A stretch of DNA of 64,000 nucleotides. Origin: Chrysomallon squamiferum (Eukaryota; Animalia; Mollusca). Shown here piece by piece: positions 13,609-27,000 of this stretch (positions are counted from its first letter, which is position 1; every line of letters starts with the position of its first letter). Position numbers and translations under genes: made by a program. The stretch spans positions 10,354,001 through 10,418,000 of the forward strand of contig CM022669.1 in NCBI GenBank assembly GCA_012295275.1, written 5' to 3'. Under the pieces are notes generated by a model. That model had not been told where the DNA came from. It saw only the letters and a list, made by a program, of their open reading frames with translations, and ran no database searches.

Positions 13609-16600
13609 GTGTCTCTCTCTCCTGTAATTTATTATTAGTTCTGATTACTAAAGTTCTGAACTTGTAATATGTAGTATTATATTTACCATCTGTTTCAGGT
13701 ACCTGTTCTTTCTGCAAGTCAAACAGGATATTCTTCAGGGTAGACTTCCAGTGTCATTTGATGAAGTTGTTGAACTGAGTGCATATGCTGTTCAGTGTAA
13801 GCTTTATTTTAAAATCTTTCAAAAAACCATTCATATTATCCCTTATTTCTCTAAAAAAAAGCAATGTAATAGAGTAATGAATTATGACAAGCATATATAC
13901 AAAGTAATTCAGTTTTTGTAGAATTTTTTTTATGATGCCTATTGAAATATTCTTGGCGTATGTTGGTATTCTTAAGTACTGAGTGTGTTGTGTGGGAATA
14001 CAGTTGTTTGAACTGAATTTTTAAGAATCTATAATCAGTAAGCACTAAAATATTACAAATTAAATCATCATTTTTTTTTTTAAATATTAAATTTTTTCTA
14101 ACATTTACTGTTAATTTTAATACAGAAAGATTGTCCAAATGTCTTTGTTCATCTATATACATTTATATGATTATAAAATTGTTCCTTTTGAAATTAAATC
14201 TGTTTTAACAGCTGAATTAGGAGACTTTGATCCTAAGAGACACACTGTGGGCTATGTGTCGGAGTTCCAGTTCGTTCAGAACCAGACACAGGAACTGGAG
14301 GATCGCGTCAGTGCAATTCACAGGAGGCTTGCGTAAGTTTGAGCATCACTAACAATGATGATAGGAGAATAATGTGAGGTTGAGCATCACTAACAATGAT
14401 GATAGGAGACTAATGTGAGGTTGAGCATCACTAACAATGATGATAGGAGAATAATGTGAGGTTGAGCATCACTAACAATGATGATAGGAGAATAATGTGA
14501 GGTTGAGCATCACTAACAATGATGATAGGAGAATAATGTGAGGTTGAGGATCATTAACAGTGATATTAGGAGACTGAAGTTGGGTTTAAAATTGTAATAG
14601 TAACGTTTAGATTATGAAAGAGCTGAAAGATCTGTTACTATAGAAATTAACTGTCCCTCTTGTTTTTATCCAAAAAAAACCCCATTACTGTATTACTAAT
14701 TTATAAGATTTATATTTTTAATTTTTTTTTAATTATTGAAATATTTAATGAAATTAATATATTATAGAGGAGAATATATATCATTACGATCATTTCAGAC
14801 AACTCCTGAAAGCCTACCAGTGTTGTACATTTTATTTTATTATTATTATTTTTTTTTATACCATATTAAATTTGATTAATATCTTAAAAAATCAACTTAC
14901 ACTTTAATTAAATAACATTACTCACAAAACTAAATTAGTTTTATTTGTTTCAGTGGTCAAACCCCCGTTCATGTAGAGTATCGTTTTTTAGAAAAAGTTA
15001 AGTGGTTGGAGATGTATGGAGTTGATTTGCATCCAGTCGTGGTGAGTTTTCTACAGATCTGTAGGTTATATTTAGAATATGTCCTGTATGCCTTAGTCTA
15101 ACAGCCAAAAATGAATCTGCAGTTTTTGGTGAGGTGTCGTTAAGCATTCATTCATTGATTCATTTGCAAAACTGGTTTCTACATGTATAACATGCTTTGT
15201 AGAATTTTAGATAAATGCAGGATCATTTAATATGTTTTTTTTTATTTCTTTATTTTTAGGTTGAGAGAAAAAATATTTTGGGATCTTTTGATTTTTATGG
15301 TCTTTTCTATAATGTTTTCAATCCTTCAACAATAAAAAGAAATAGTAATAATAATAAATAAATAAATAAATTACTGTAGTAATCATTTATGTTTAAAATT
15401 ATAAAGTACTTCAGTAACCAAAATATCTTTGAAATTAATATTAATGATTCTTAACAGAATGTATTTGTCGGTTTTTTTTTTTTTTTTTTTTATTTATTCT
15501 TTATAATAAAGCATAAAAAAAATAACCACACACAATCATAGTACATACAAAAAAACACAACAAAAAAAACTATAACAATACAATTTTTTTGGTTTCTAGT
15601 CATTTAATTTAGTTTAATCAGCATTTAAAGAATTCATAATATATTTTATTTAACATTATCAGTTAAACAGTCTTAAAACTGAACTTTTGCAATTAAATGT
15701 GTGTATTTATGCTCTTTTTGTTTCTTTTTTAATTTTTAGTTTTTGTTTTTCATGTTTTTTTGTGTGTTTTTTTTCTTTGTTAGGGAGAGGGTAATGTGGA
15801 ATATTTTCTAGGTTTGACACCTACAGGAATAGTTGTGTACAAAAATAAGACAAAAATAGGAAACTATTTCTGGTAAGTTGTACATTTTTTATTATTAGGA
15901 CATTTTTGGTTCTGGTTACAAATAACCAGTCACTTGTTAGTGTGTAAACAACAACAATTAATGTTAGAAACAGAAGTATATTTATGTTATTAATTGTTAA
16001 CAGTAATGTTCCAAGCGACAGTGTTTTCAGTATTCATAGCAATCCAGAGCTGAATATGTTTCAACTATTGTGCCACAGTTTTTTGTTGTTTAAATATCTT
16101 ATTTGCTGTATTTATTTTTGTTAATAACACAGTCAATGTAATCAATGCTTGATTTATGAATAAAATCCCACAGAATATAGATGCACTGGAATGTTTGTTA
16201 TACTTCTTTTTCTTTTCTTTGTATGTGTCATATAAATATTGTATTACAATGAAATTTTATTTGTTTATTTATTTATGTTTTTTTTTTTTTTTTTGATTTA
16301 ATTTTCTTTTTTTTTTTTTCTTTTTGTAGTTGGTTTTTTTTTTTTTATCAGTTTTTATGTTGCATATATTCTTACTTGAAACCACATGATCTGACAGCAT
16401 GAATATATATAATTTCTTGTTTTTCAGTTAAGATATTAATTTTAATTTTTGCAGGCCAAGAATATCTAAATGTGATTTCAAAAAGAAGATATTTATAATT
16501 AAAGTTCGTGATAAAAATGTAAGTATTATTTTTATGAATGGAGATACAAACATAACATGTGAGAGAAAAAAATAAACTAATTTTTTTAAATCTCATTTAA

Positions 16601-19600
16601 CAGTTTAGATGTTTGTTTTGTTTGATTTGTTTTCTTCTCTGTGTAGTATGTGAGTGGTGTGAAAACAGTGTGTGACTTCTTACATGTTTAGTATTTGTGC
16701 AGTGGTAAAAATAAACATCCTGAGCATATGAAAATGAAAGAACATATACAATATTACATGCACACAAAATAAATAAATACACACATTTGTGTCCATTCAT
16801 CCATCCATATGTGGATAAATGTGTACATGTGATATGTACGTATCATGAATATATACATACATTTACTTTGATGTATATAAAAGTCCTTTCTTTATTTTAA
16901 ATGTCTGTTGTTGTTTTAGAATGATGAACATACATATGCTTTCGAACTTCACACTAAGGAAGCCTGTAAACATCTATGGAAATGCTGTGTTGAACATCAT
17001 GCTTTTTTTAGGTAATTATTTTTATGTTTTCTTGTCCTTTGCTCTCTATCTTATGCTGTCATCATAACATAACTAAATTGTCTTGTATCCACATTTATTT
17101 ATTAATGTTGTACTGCATGGTTAATGATTAACAATTTAATATTTTTGTTTTGTTTGACACCTGTTAATTTTTTTTTTATCTGTAATAATAATATGTAATA
17201 ATATTTGTTGTGATACTTCATCATTTGTCATTGTTTTGTTTTGTTCTGCTGTCTAAAATGGTGTTACGGTGCTACAAATAAATTGCCTAAATACCTGAAG
17301 TATGATTACAAATGATTGTTTTGTTTCATCATATCACATCTGCTAATAATAAAGTATTACAATAAATACAAAGCAATGGTGAGGGTGCTTGTTTAATACA
17401 ATTTTATGATATTATTTTATACATAACAAATTATTAAAATTTACACAACCATTTCATTTATCGTTCTTTATTATTAACAATGGTTGGGAATAAGTGACAA
17501 ATAATTAATTTGGTAATATATAAAATGTATTTAGGTTGTTTGTTTCCACCATCAAGTTAAATTTTGATGTATGTTTGTATGAGAAATTATTTGTAAAAAC
17601 AACTAACACTTTTAATTTTGAATGTGATTGTGAAGATGTTTATAAAATTAACACTTCAGTAGCAGTTCTTCATTTTAAAACTTGGCCTGGTCACAAACAA
17701 CAGTCACAGCAGTTTCATATAACATTCATTTTGTTGAATATACAACACTAATGGCTTCATGTAGAGAAGGATTTCGCTGCTAATAATATATAATGAAATA
17801 GGCACAAGACTCAACAGTATCGCCAGTTTGAGTTAGCTCCATTTTATCTTTAACTGTAGAATGTAGCAGTCTTTTCTTGACCACATGCTGGTGGTGTCTT
17901 AACATTTTTTGTTTTCTCTCTTGCTGTTTCTCAATAGAGGCAGGAAAAATAATGTTGGTTATGTACATAAAAACACATTACTAATGGTTAAAAAAACACA
18001 CCCAGAACCTAAATGAATCCTAATTAATAACGATAAATTTAATTTTATAGGTAATAATTTATAAATCTTATCTGTTCATTTGATGAAAATATTCTAATTC
18101 TACATCCCACAACTTGTAACAGAAAAAATAACAAACTGCAAGAAAAATCATACATATGTATGTGTGTGTGTGGGTGTATAGTTATTTGTTATTAACAAAG
18201 ACAGCATGCTCAAAAACCCCCAAAAGTAATAACTTGAGTTATTTTATTTATATGCCATTCATTCTTTTAAAAAAAAAAAAAAATGTTTTTGTTCTGCATG
18301 TGAGAAATTTGTTGTGGGTTGAATCTAAACGTTGGCTGTTTGTATTCTGTGTTAACGACACTTGTCATCTCATTGTAACCCCAGACTAAACCAAGTGAAC
18401 GATGCTCATAACACTGCTGTGAAACTGTTCAGACTCGGCTCAAAGCACAGATACAGGTAAGAATCATCCATCATCTACCATCCATGCATCGTTTCAGTCA
18501 GGCTTGGAAAGCCAGTGGAGTGTGTCAGTTTTTGTTGCTGTTTTGTGCATGTCATAAAAAAAAAATTGTTTAGAAAAAAAAAAGGAAAGAAGAATAAAGA
18601 AATATAAATACATGTACTGCTGTTATTCACATACTTGTTTATTTAATTTAATTTAATTTTTATTTATAATCGGAAATGAATAGTAAAATGAAAGATGTTT
18701 ATTTAATAAATATATAGCTTTTGTAGACAGGAAATCTTAAGATTTAATTCTGTAAAGATTCTAAAGATTAATTTTAAATCCAAATTCTTTATTTTTTAAA
18801 CCTATCAGTTTGCAGTGTAATAACTTCAATCTGTTTTGTATACATAAGTGAGTTTTATTTTTTGATTGTTAATAAATACAATACTCAAAGCCTGCAGCAG
18901 TAAGATAAATCTACTGATATGCATCTAATTTTCTGAATTATTTAGTGGTAAATTCTTGAAACTTATTTATTACTTTCTAATTTATATTTTATATATTTAT
19001 TACTTTTTAATACAAATTTTTAATATGTCCATTATCTATTTTTGTAATATCAGTTTTAATGTATCCATTTTTTATTTTGTTTTATAAATGTTTAATATAA
19101 CCATTTTCTTATTTTGGTATATAAATTTTTAGTATATAAATTTTTTATTTTTTATTTTTTTGAATTATAGTAATAGTCTATTTAAATACCTATTTAAAAT
19201 AAAATATAAAAAGAGTAATATTATCTATTGACAGTGGTAGAAGTGAAAGAGAGAGCAGAAGAGAGGAAAGTTTGAGAACAGCGCCTAGTGTTCTGCGGGT
19301 ACCAAGTCGGCGACAACAACGTCGCATCAATTCAGACAGCCGATTAAACAGTGAGATTATTTTTACCTCTGTCTGTGCTTTACTTTACTCATGTAAAAAC
19401 AACAGCTGACAAACTGTACATCAAGTCTACTGGACCTATCACAGAATAATAATTATATGTTGAAATTATATGTATATATATATATATATATATATGATGC
19501 TGATTTGGAAAAACATTTTTATTGATACCCATGGAAAGATTCATATCTGATAATTATGTCTAAGTCTACTGGACCGATCACAGAATAATTATTATATGTT

Positions 19601-20298
19601 GAAATTATACATACATAAATATATACATATTGTGTATTTATGTCTAAAATAATTTGTATAAGTTACTTTCATTTGCATACTTCATTTTTTTTTATTATAT
19701 ATATATATATTTTTTTTTTTTTAAATATGCAGTGTTGTTAGTATGAATTTGCTTTTTTAAAAGAAGCCTTTTAGAATATTTACTTTATTAATAATTACAG
19801 TTCTGTTCTGTTTTGTTTTGTTACATTACATTACACTGCTTTGCTTTGCTTTATTTTATTTATTTTGTTTGTAGCTATGTACACAGAGGGACTGTACATA
19901 ACAGAGGGAGGACCAGTCACTATGGTGGTAGCCCCAGAGCCTGTCAGGCCGTATGTTTGTATTCTTAACTTATCAAAACCTAGAAATTAAATCATTGTTA
20001 AGTGAATAAAAACCAGTGTATCATAATAAAATTATACATGCTTTTCTAAAATTATTCTCCATGGGTTTTAATGAATTTCTCAGAATTGAAAACATTTTTT
20101 TAGTTTATTTAGTTGAACTTTAAAAAGTTGAAAGAAAACAAGTCTGTCTATCTATCTATAGCTATATCTATCTTTCTATCTATCTTTCTATCTTTCCATC
20201 TCTCTGTCTTTATCTATATATATAAAAGAATAATAGTTATAAAAAATTAACTGAATATATTTATTATTTTAAATATTAAATCTAAATGTTATCACTGT

Positions 20299-20331
<33 letters not shown>

Positions 20332-20897
20332 TTTATTTGTTTGTTTGTTTGTTTGTTTGTTTGTTTATTTATTTACTGTAGACCTCGACATCGAAGTCTT
20401 CCAGAACTTCAGGGACGAGAATCACCTCGCAGTGTTCAGTCTGCCCCCTGGGAACACAACTACGACGGGTACCATTTTTATTTTTACATCAGCTTTTCAT
20501 TTAGATATCCTGTCCCATCTCATGTGTTTAGATATTCTGTCCCATCTCATGTGTTTAGATATCCTGTCCCATCTCAAATGTTCAGATATCCTATCCCATC
20601 TCAAATCTAAATGTAGTAATTTTAAAATACCCCCCCCCCCAAAAAAAATCATGAAAAAACTATAAATTTATATTGATTTGGATGTTTATAAATGTTTCTT
20701 GTGTTTGCAGTGGGCTGTATACGAGTGGAAGGGAGTCACCCACCTCACAGAGGAGTGACAGAATGTACTCCAGACAACCCAGTGACACTGAAAGTGCAAT
20801 CAGTCATAGACGGAAGTAAGTCCTATATTTTATAGACAAATATTTTTTATTCTTCATGCAGTTGTTAATATGAACATAGACATATTTTTCATGTATT

Positions 20898-20940
<43 letters not shown>

Positions 20941-23900
20941 GTACAGTTGATGCTAAATTATGTAGTCTTGTTAACTTTTTGTATAAAATAATACATTTTT
21001 AATATAATTATTCTTTTCAATATTTAAATTTTTTGACATAGCATTAGAATTACAAATTATTTTTGTTTTAATCTGTTTGGAACTAAAACCTTTGTTTGAA
21101 TGTTTTATATGTCCCAAACTGTTTGTTAGTCAATGACAAAAAAAAATTTTTGTTATGTATGTGTATGTTGTTTATGTGACTAAAAGTGAAGATTACTGTA
21201 ATTTGTTTACAGATATTTTCCTAGTAGAAAAGGTTCTGACAATGAAAGTGATGTTTCAGCTCCCAGAAGAAGGAGGTAAATATTTTTAATTTATTTTACA
21301 TTTCTTAATAAAGAAGGGAACCTTTTAAATTTAACATGAAATTAAATTTGAGATTTCATTTAATGCATTTTTTCTTCTTTTTTTTTTTTACTTTGTTTTG
21401 TTTCTTTGCTTAATTGTGAATTTGATTTTTAAATCATGAGTATGATAACATTAACTAAAATATTTACCTGAAAAATTCATTATTGACAGTCTTCATCTTT
21501 TAATCTATTTGTTTTAAAAATATATTACAGAGTTTTACTTGTATAGTTTTGTTTTTATTTCAGGAGAGATGACAGTGGCAGTGAATCAGATGTGTCATAC
21601 AGAAATGTTCTTCAAAGTCGACGAAATCGAACAGCAAATGAAAACAACATACAAGACAGTAACAGAGTGCCACTGTAAATGATTAATTTTCTTTATAAGA
21701 TTATGATTATCTTAACCAGAAATAACTGAAAGATGGTTGTTATTTAGTTTTTTTATAACAATGGTGCTATTTATTTATTGATTTTTAAAACTTTAATTCT
21801 TAATTTGTTTTTTTTTTATTTTATTTTCATTCTTCCATTATTTATTTATTTATTCCACTTTACTCTATGTTCCAAATATATTATTATTATTTTTTTTTTT
21901 TTTGCTTTTGGAATGATAGATAAGTTTTGTAATGTCTATCTTGTACATTTTTTTTTTTTTTCATTTTTTATTTATTTTTTTTTTTTTTTTCAGACTCTAT
22001 CCTTTTGCTGACAAAGAAAATCATCCTAATGGGTTTGTATTTTGTATTTATTAACTTAATCGTTCTTTTATGTTTAGTATTCTTTCTTATCCACTATAAT
22101 TTATGCTATTTTGATGTTTTTGTTTTTAATATCTTTTTCAATATTATTTCTATCAATAATATTTATTTATTTTATTGTCATATCAATTATTATTTATTAC
22201 TGTCATCAGTATTAGTAATATTTTGGTTGTCATGGTTGTTTATTATTATTATTATATCAAAATGTATATTCATTTAATTATATTTCAAATTGTGGATTTT
22301 ATATGATTATTCAATGAATCCTGTGTTTTTATTCTTTTTAGTTCAGTCCCTTCTATTCATTCAGCACCTGCAGGTGAAGCCAGACAGCGCAGAAGAAGAA
22401 GGTACATTTAATCATTCAGTTTAATTTTCTTTATTTTTATTTTTCATTCTTTTACATGTCACTGTCTTGTTAGTGTATTAGTGTGAAATCCAAACTATAA
22501 TTATTTTGTAATTTAAGTTTTTATTTGTTTTATTTTATGGTTTGAATTAACACATTCTGTAAGTGAATACATTTTGTTTTATCATAGATCATATACTGAT
22601 TATTTAAAAATTCATGAACAGAGCATTAGTTTAACATTTGTTATTCTTTTCTTATTTCTTTTTCTTTTTAAAATTTTTAATTTAAAAAAAAAAAAAAAAT
22701 TTCCCAATATTACACTGAATTATTAGGAAAGATCATTTAATAGCAAATTACAAAGATGCCTATAATATAACATTCCAAATGAGTGGATTGGATTTGTTTG
22801 CTGCTTTTTTTTCCTTTATAAGATATTCGTTATTTTTATTATTTGCCTAATTTATACTTGGTTTTACATAACATGTAAATTCTTTGATTTGAAATGTTAC
22901 TAAGGTATTTAATGAAAATAATTAATTAGTTTTCCTTTAATTGCAGAAGAAGCAAATCTCCAAATGTGGCCAAACATTTTCCTAATGAGCTGAAGGAACA
23001 TATTGAGTAAGTTACTTTTTTATTCACATAATAATTTACATCCTGAGTATTAATATTACAGCAGTCTGAAGTAGTTTGTAGCTGAAAGGTGATGATCTTA
23101 AACACCACTTACAGTTATTAGTGTTACAGCAGTGTGTAAATAATAAATTAGTCTGTTTGTGAATGATGGAGTTCTGAACTTAGATATGGTATTTCAGGAT
23201 GAATTCTGCTTGATGTCTCCATTTTCTCCTAGCTGTAACTTTATAACTGTATTACAAAAGTCTTTGGTATAACTTTCCTGTCTGTCAGAGTTGCATATAT
23301 AAAGAATCCTTTCTGCTGCCAATCATTGTTGTACTCAAGAAGTGGATTGAGCAGCCTTTTTCACCTTTGCTAATAATCTTTTACAGTCAGTTAAAAACGA
23401 GAGTATTATACTTGTTTAATGCTTTCCACTACTAAGGTGAGTAGCTATGTTAAACAGTAAACACTGAACTATGGTAGATGTAGACAGCACCCAGGCATTA
23501 TAATGGACCAGTGGAAATGTGATGCAGATTTTCTGTTCATCTGAATGTACACTGTCTCTGCCAGTTAAAGCCTATATGTACATCAGGACTACTATGGCAA
23601 TAACTAAGCTTACTCAAGGAGTTAGGTGGGTTTTTTTTAAAGTATTACTAAAGTTTTAAAATAAAAACATTATTTCTAATTTTAGATATTTGTGTAGGGT
23701 TTTCTTTTAATTACAGTTATGTGAGATTCAGTAATTTTTGTATTTACTTTCTTACAGATATGACTTGGTTGACACTACTGGGATGTCAGAGGAACAACTA
23801 AGAGACATTGCCTACGTCACTGTTGAGTAAGTTCTCATGAAAACCAATATCAGCCATGAATATAGATGAGATTGTTTCAGAGATTTAAAACTGGCTTCTG

Positions 23901-24008
23901 ATTTTATTATTAATATTTTTCTAATATGTGCATTTTTGTTGGAATCAATTTTTAAAAATATTAAGAGATAATATTTGTTTTTAAATTGTTGTGGACCATT
24001 TTTCCAAC

Positions 24009-24044
<36 letters not shown>

Positions 24045-27000
24045 GAATTTAATTTTCTTTTTACTGGCAGATATTACAAAATATGTAAATTCATGCCAGA
24101 ACTACAAGAGTCTGATCAATGTCTGTTTATTTGTAAACTGATTAAATATATGTATACATGTTATTAACATACAAGAAGAATTCTTATACGATTTAAAGAT
24201 AACTTTTTAGAAATGGTTTCGAAAATACAGATTCTAATATTTTCAGTTACTGTGTGTGAAAATATATGATTAAAAAATTTGTTTTTCATTCTTTTTAGAA
24301 CAAAAGGTGAACCATTCAAGATTCGCTACTCACCTAAAACACGACAGAAAATTAAAATGGTTAGGAGAAAGAGTTTGGGGTTAGTATTTGAAAAATATGT
24401 TATTGAAAGTCCATCAGACATCAAGGTTATCTTATTGTTGTTGTTTGTATGACTGCGTATATCTCGATCTTCTATCTTCTCTGTGTCCATCTGTCTATCT
24501 ATCTAAATGTCTGTCTGAACAAATAAATGAACAAATGAGCTTTGTAGGTTTTGATGTAAATGTATTTTTTTCTATTGAGGTAATCAATGTAGACAGGTGA
24601 TAATATACGATTTTAATTTCCAGTGTTATTTTCCCATGCTGTCTGTTTTCAGTATTGTGCATATTGTTTGTTTAGGGAATCAGACAGAAATAACAAGCCA
24701 ACCGGTGATAGGTATGAAACACAGTCAACTGGAGGATACCACCAGTCAAACAGAGAAAATGTTTCAAATAGAGAAAATGTTTCAAACAGAGAAAATGTTT
24801 CAAACCAAGAAAACCAGCCAAACAGAACCAGTTTTTATGAAAATAGCATGAATGCACAAAATACAGAAAACAACAAGTGAGTATGTTTTAAAATAAAAAA
24901 TGTCTATCTTTTTTCTCTGTCTATCTTTCTATCATTATTATTATTATTTTTTTTTGGTCTGTCTTTCTGTCATTCATTTTCTTTCAGTCTCATTCTATTT
25001 TTTTTTTTATTTTTTTTTTAATTTGGTCTTTTTTCAATTTTCATTCATCTATTGCTCTGTTATTATTTCTTTTTAAGAATAATAATACAAGTGATTCAGA
25101 ATAATATTCTGTTCGTGATATATTTCATTTGCTCTAGTATGTTATTTCAAACAATGAAAACTAAAATAAACCTTCAATTCTAAGTCATGAATTTCATTAA
25201 GAAAATGTATTACAGTTTAGTTTTGCTGCTGATTTTAAATGAAATGGTAATATGAGACCCTGTTTTAATAACAGTAAATACAGCATAGTTTACTGCTAAG
25301 AGAGGTGGACTTTTGAATAAAGTAATTATGGCTTTTGAAAAATGTATATTTTTTTTGACATTAATATTTTCAGACGCAACTATGAAAAGATTTCATCTTC
25401 ACCAGTTGTTCAGGCCCCACCTCAAGTTACTCAGTCTAGAATGTCAGTAAGTAAAATAAAAATTTTTTCAAGAGCTTGCAGAAAATGTGGGTTGGGATCT
25501 ATAGTGAATAAATATCTAAAAACATTATGCATGACACTATTAAAAGGAAAGTTAGAAAATCATATCATTGTTTAATTATTCTTTATGAGTGTAGATCTAA
25601 TGTAAGTGAACTTCAGTGTTAATTGTTACAAATATGTTATCACTGAATTTTTTTTATTTTGTTAATATTAATTTCAGAAATTCTTAATGTCAGATGAGTT
25701 TGTGTGTGTGTGTGTGTGTGTGTATGTGTGTGTATATACAGATATGTGGATGTAGGATTTATATAGATATAAATACAGATATACACAGAGAGAAAGAGAA
25801 TGATACAGATAAAGATACAGATTTAGATATATATATATATATATATTGATATAAAAATCCATAAAATAAGTAGACACATTGCCAGTCAGATATACACAGA
25901 GAGAAAGAGAATGATACAGATAAAGATACAGATTTAGATATATATATATATATATATATATATTGATATAAAAATCCATAAAATAAGTAATCATATTGCC
26001 AGTCAGATACATGTATGGTTAGTTACATAAAACTGAAAAAAGTCAAATAGATAAATAATTCTATAACTCAAATAATAAACAGAAGTAATATTTATTATCA
26101 GTAGTTTTGTTCTAGCAGACATTTCAACACTGTTATGTTTTCAAACATTTGTAGAATTCATCTGTGAAACAGTCAAACTACAGTCAAATCCACTACAGCA
26201 GAGATGAGAGGCGAGTTCCAGATTATGAGGTAAATGACTTATAAATTGTTCAGCTATAACATAACCAGTTTATAAATAGATTTATTGATTAACAGCACAA
26301 ATAGATTGATTGATTAGAGGATTTGTTGATTAACAGAACAAATAGATTGACTGATTAGAGGATTTATTGATTAACAGACCAAATAGATTTATTAATTAAA
26401 GGATTTGTTGATTAACAGAACAAATAGATTTATTGATTAACAGAACAAAGAACAAAAGAGCCACATTTCAGTTTTATAAAGTGATTTACTTATTAATAAT
26501 AAAGAATATTTTATTTATTTATTACTTTTTTTTTCATTCAATTTGAACATTTCATAATTTCAAGTAGATATTATTTATTTTTGATTATTTATATTCATAT
26601 TTAGTTAATACTTTTTACAGTCCAGACTCTGAACTGTATTTTTAGTCATATATGGGGTTTTTGCCACTCATTTTCATTATAATCAATAACTATTGGCATC
26701 CGTCATCAAATTAGATTGTTAATCTTCTCTTTCATATTACTTGATTATTTTACTTTCCAAACACTTACAACAATTAGTAAGTCAAATAAGCATCTCTGGA
26801 ACACCATACATTTGCTCTATATGTGATATTAAATAATTATAAATACTTTTGTGACAAACCTATTTCTGTTTCAGGTTATTCATGATAGTCCGAGATTACA
26901 CAGTTACAAGTCTGAAGTACACAATAGTCCACAGTCGCAAAATTATGGTCCAGGTTCTCGGGATAGTCCACAGACGCAGGTTTCTCACAGACGAAATGAA

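Noticed and set aside
14341-14578. CRISPR-like array or C/D snoRNA cluster (each unit has ATGATGA)
   Set aside because: Units are contiguous with no unique spacers, there are no cas genes, the context is a eukaryotic intron, and there is no D box per unit. It is a plain minisatellite.
17802-17853. Alternative terminal exon after FERM exon 10 ([16 protein letters not shown])
   Set aside because: Phase-compatible, but the acceptor has no polypyrimidine tract and the peptide has no recognisable similarity.
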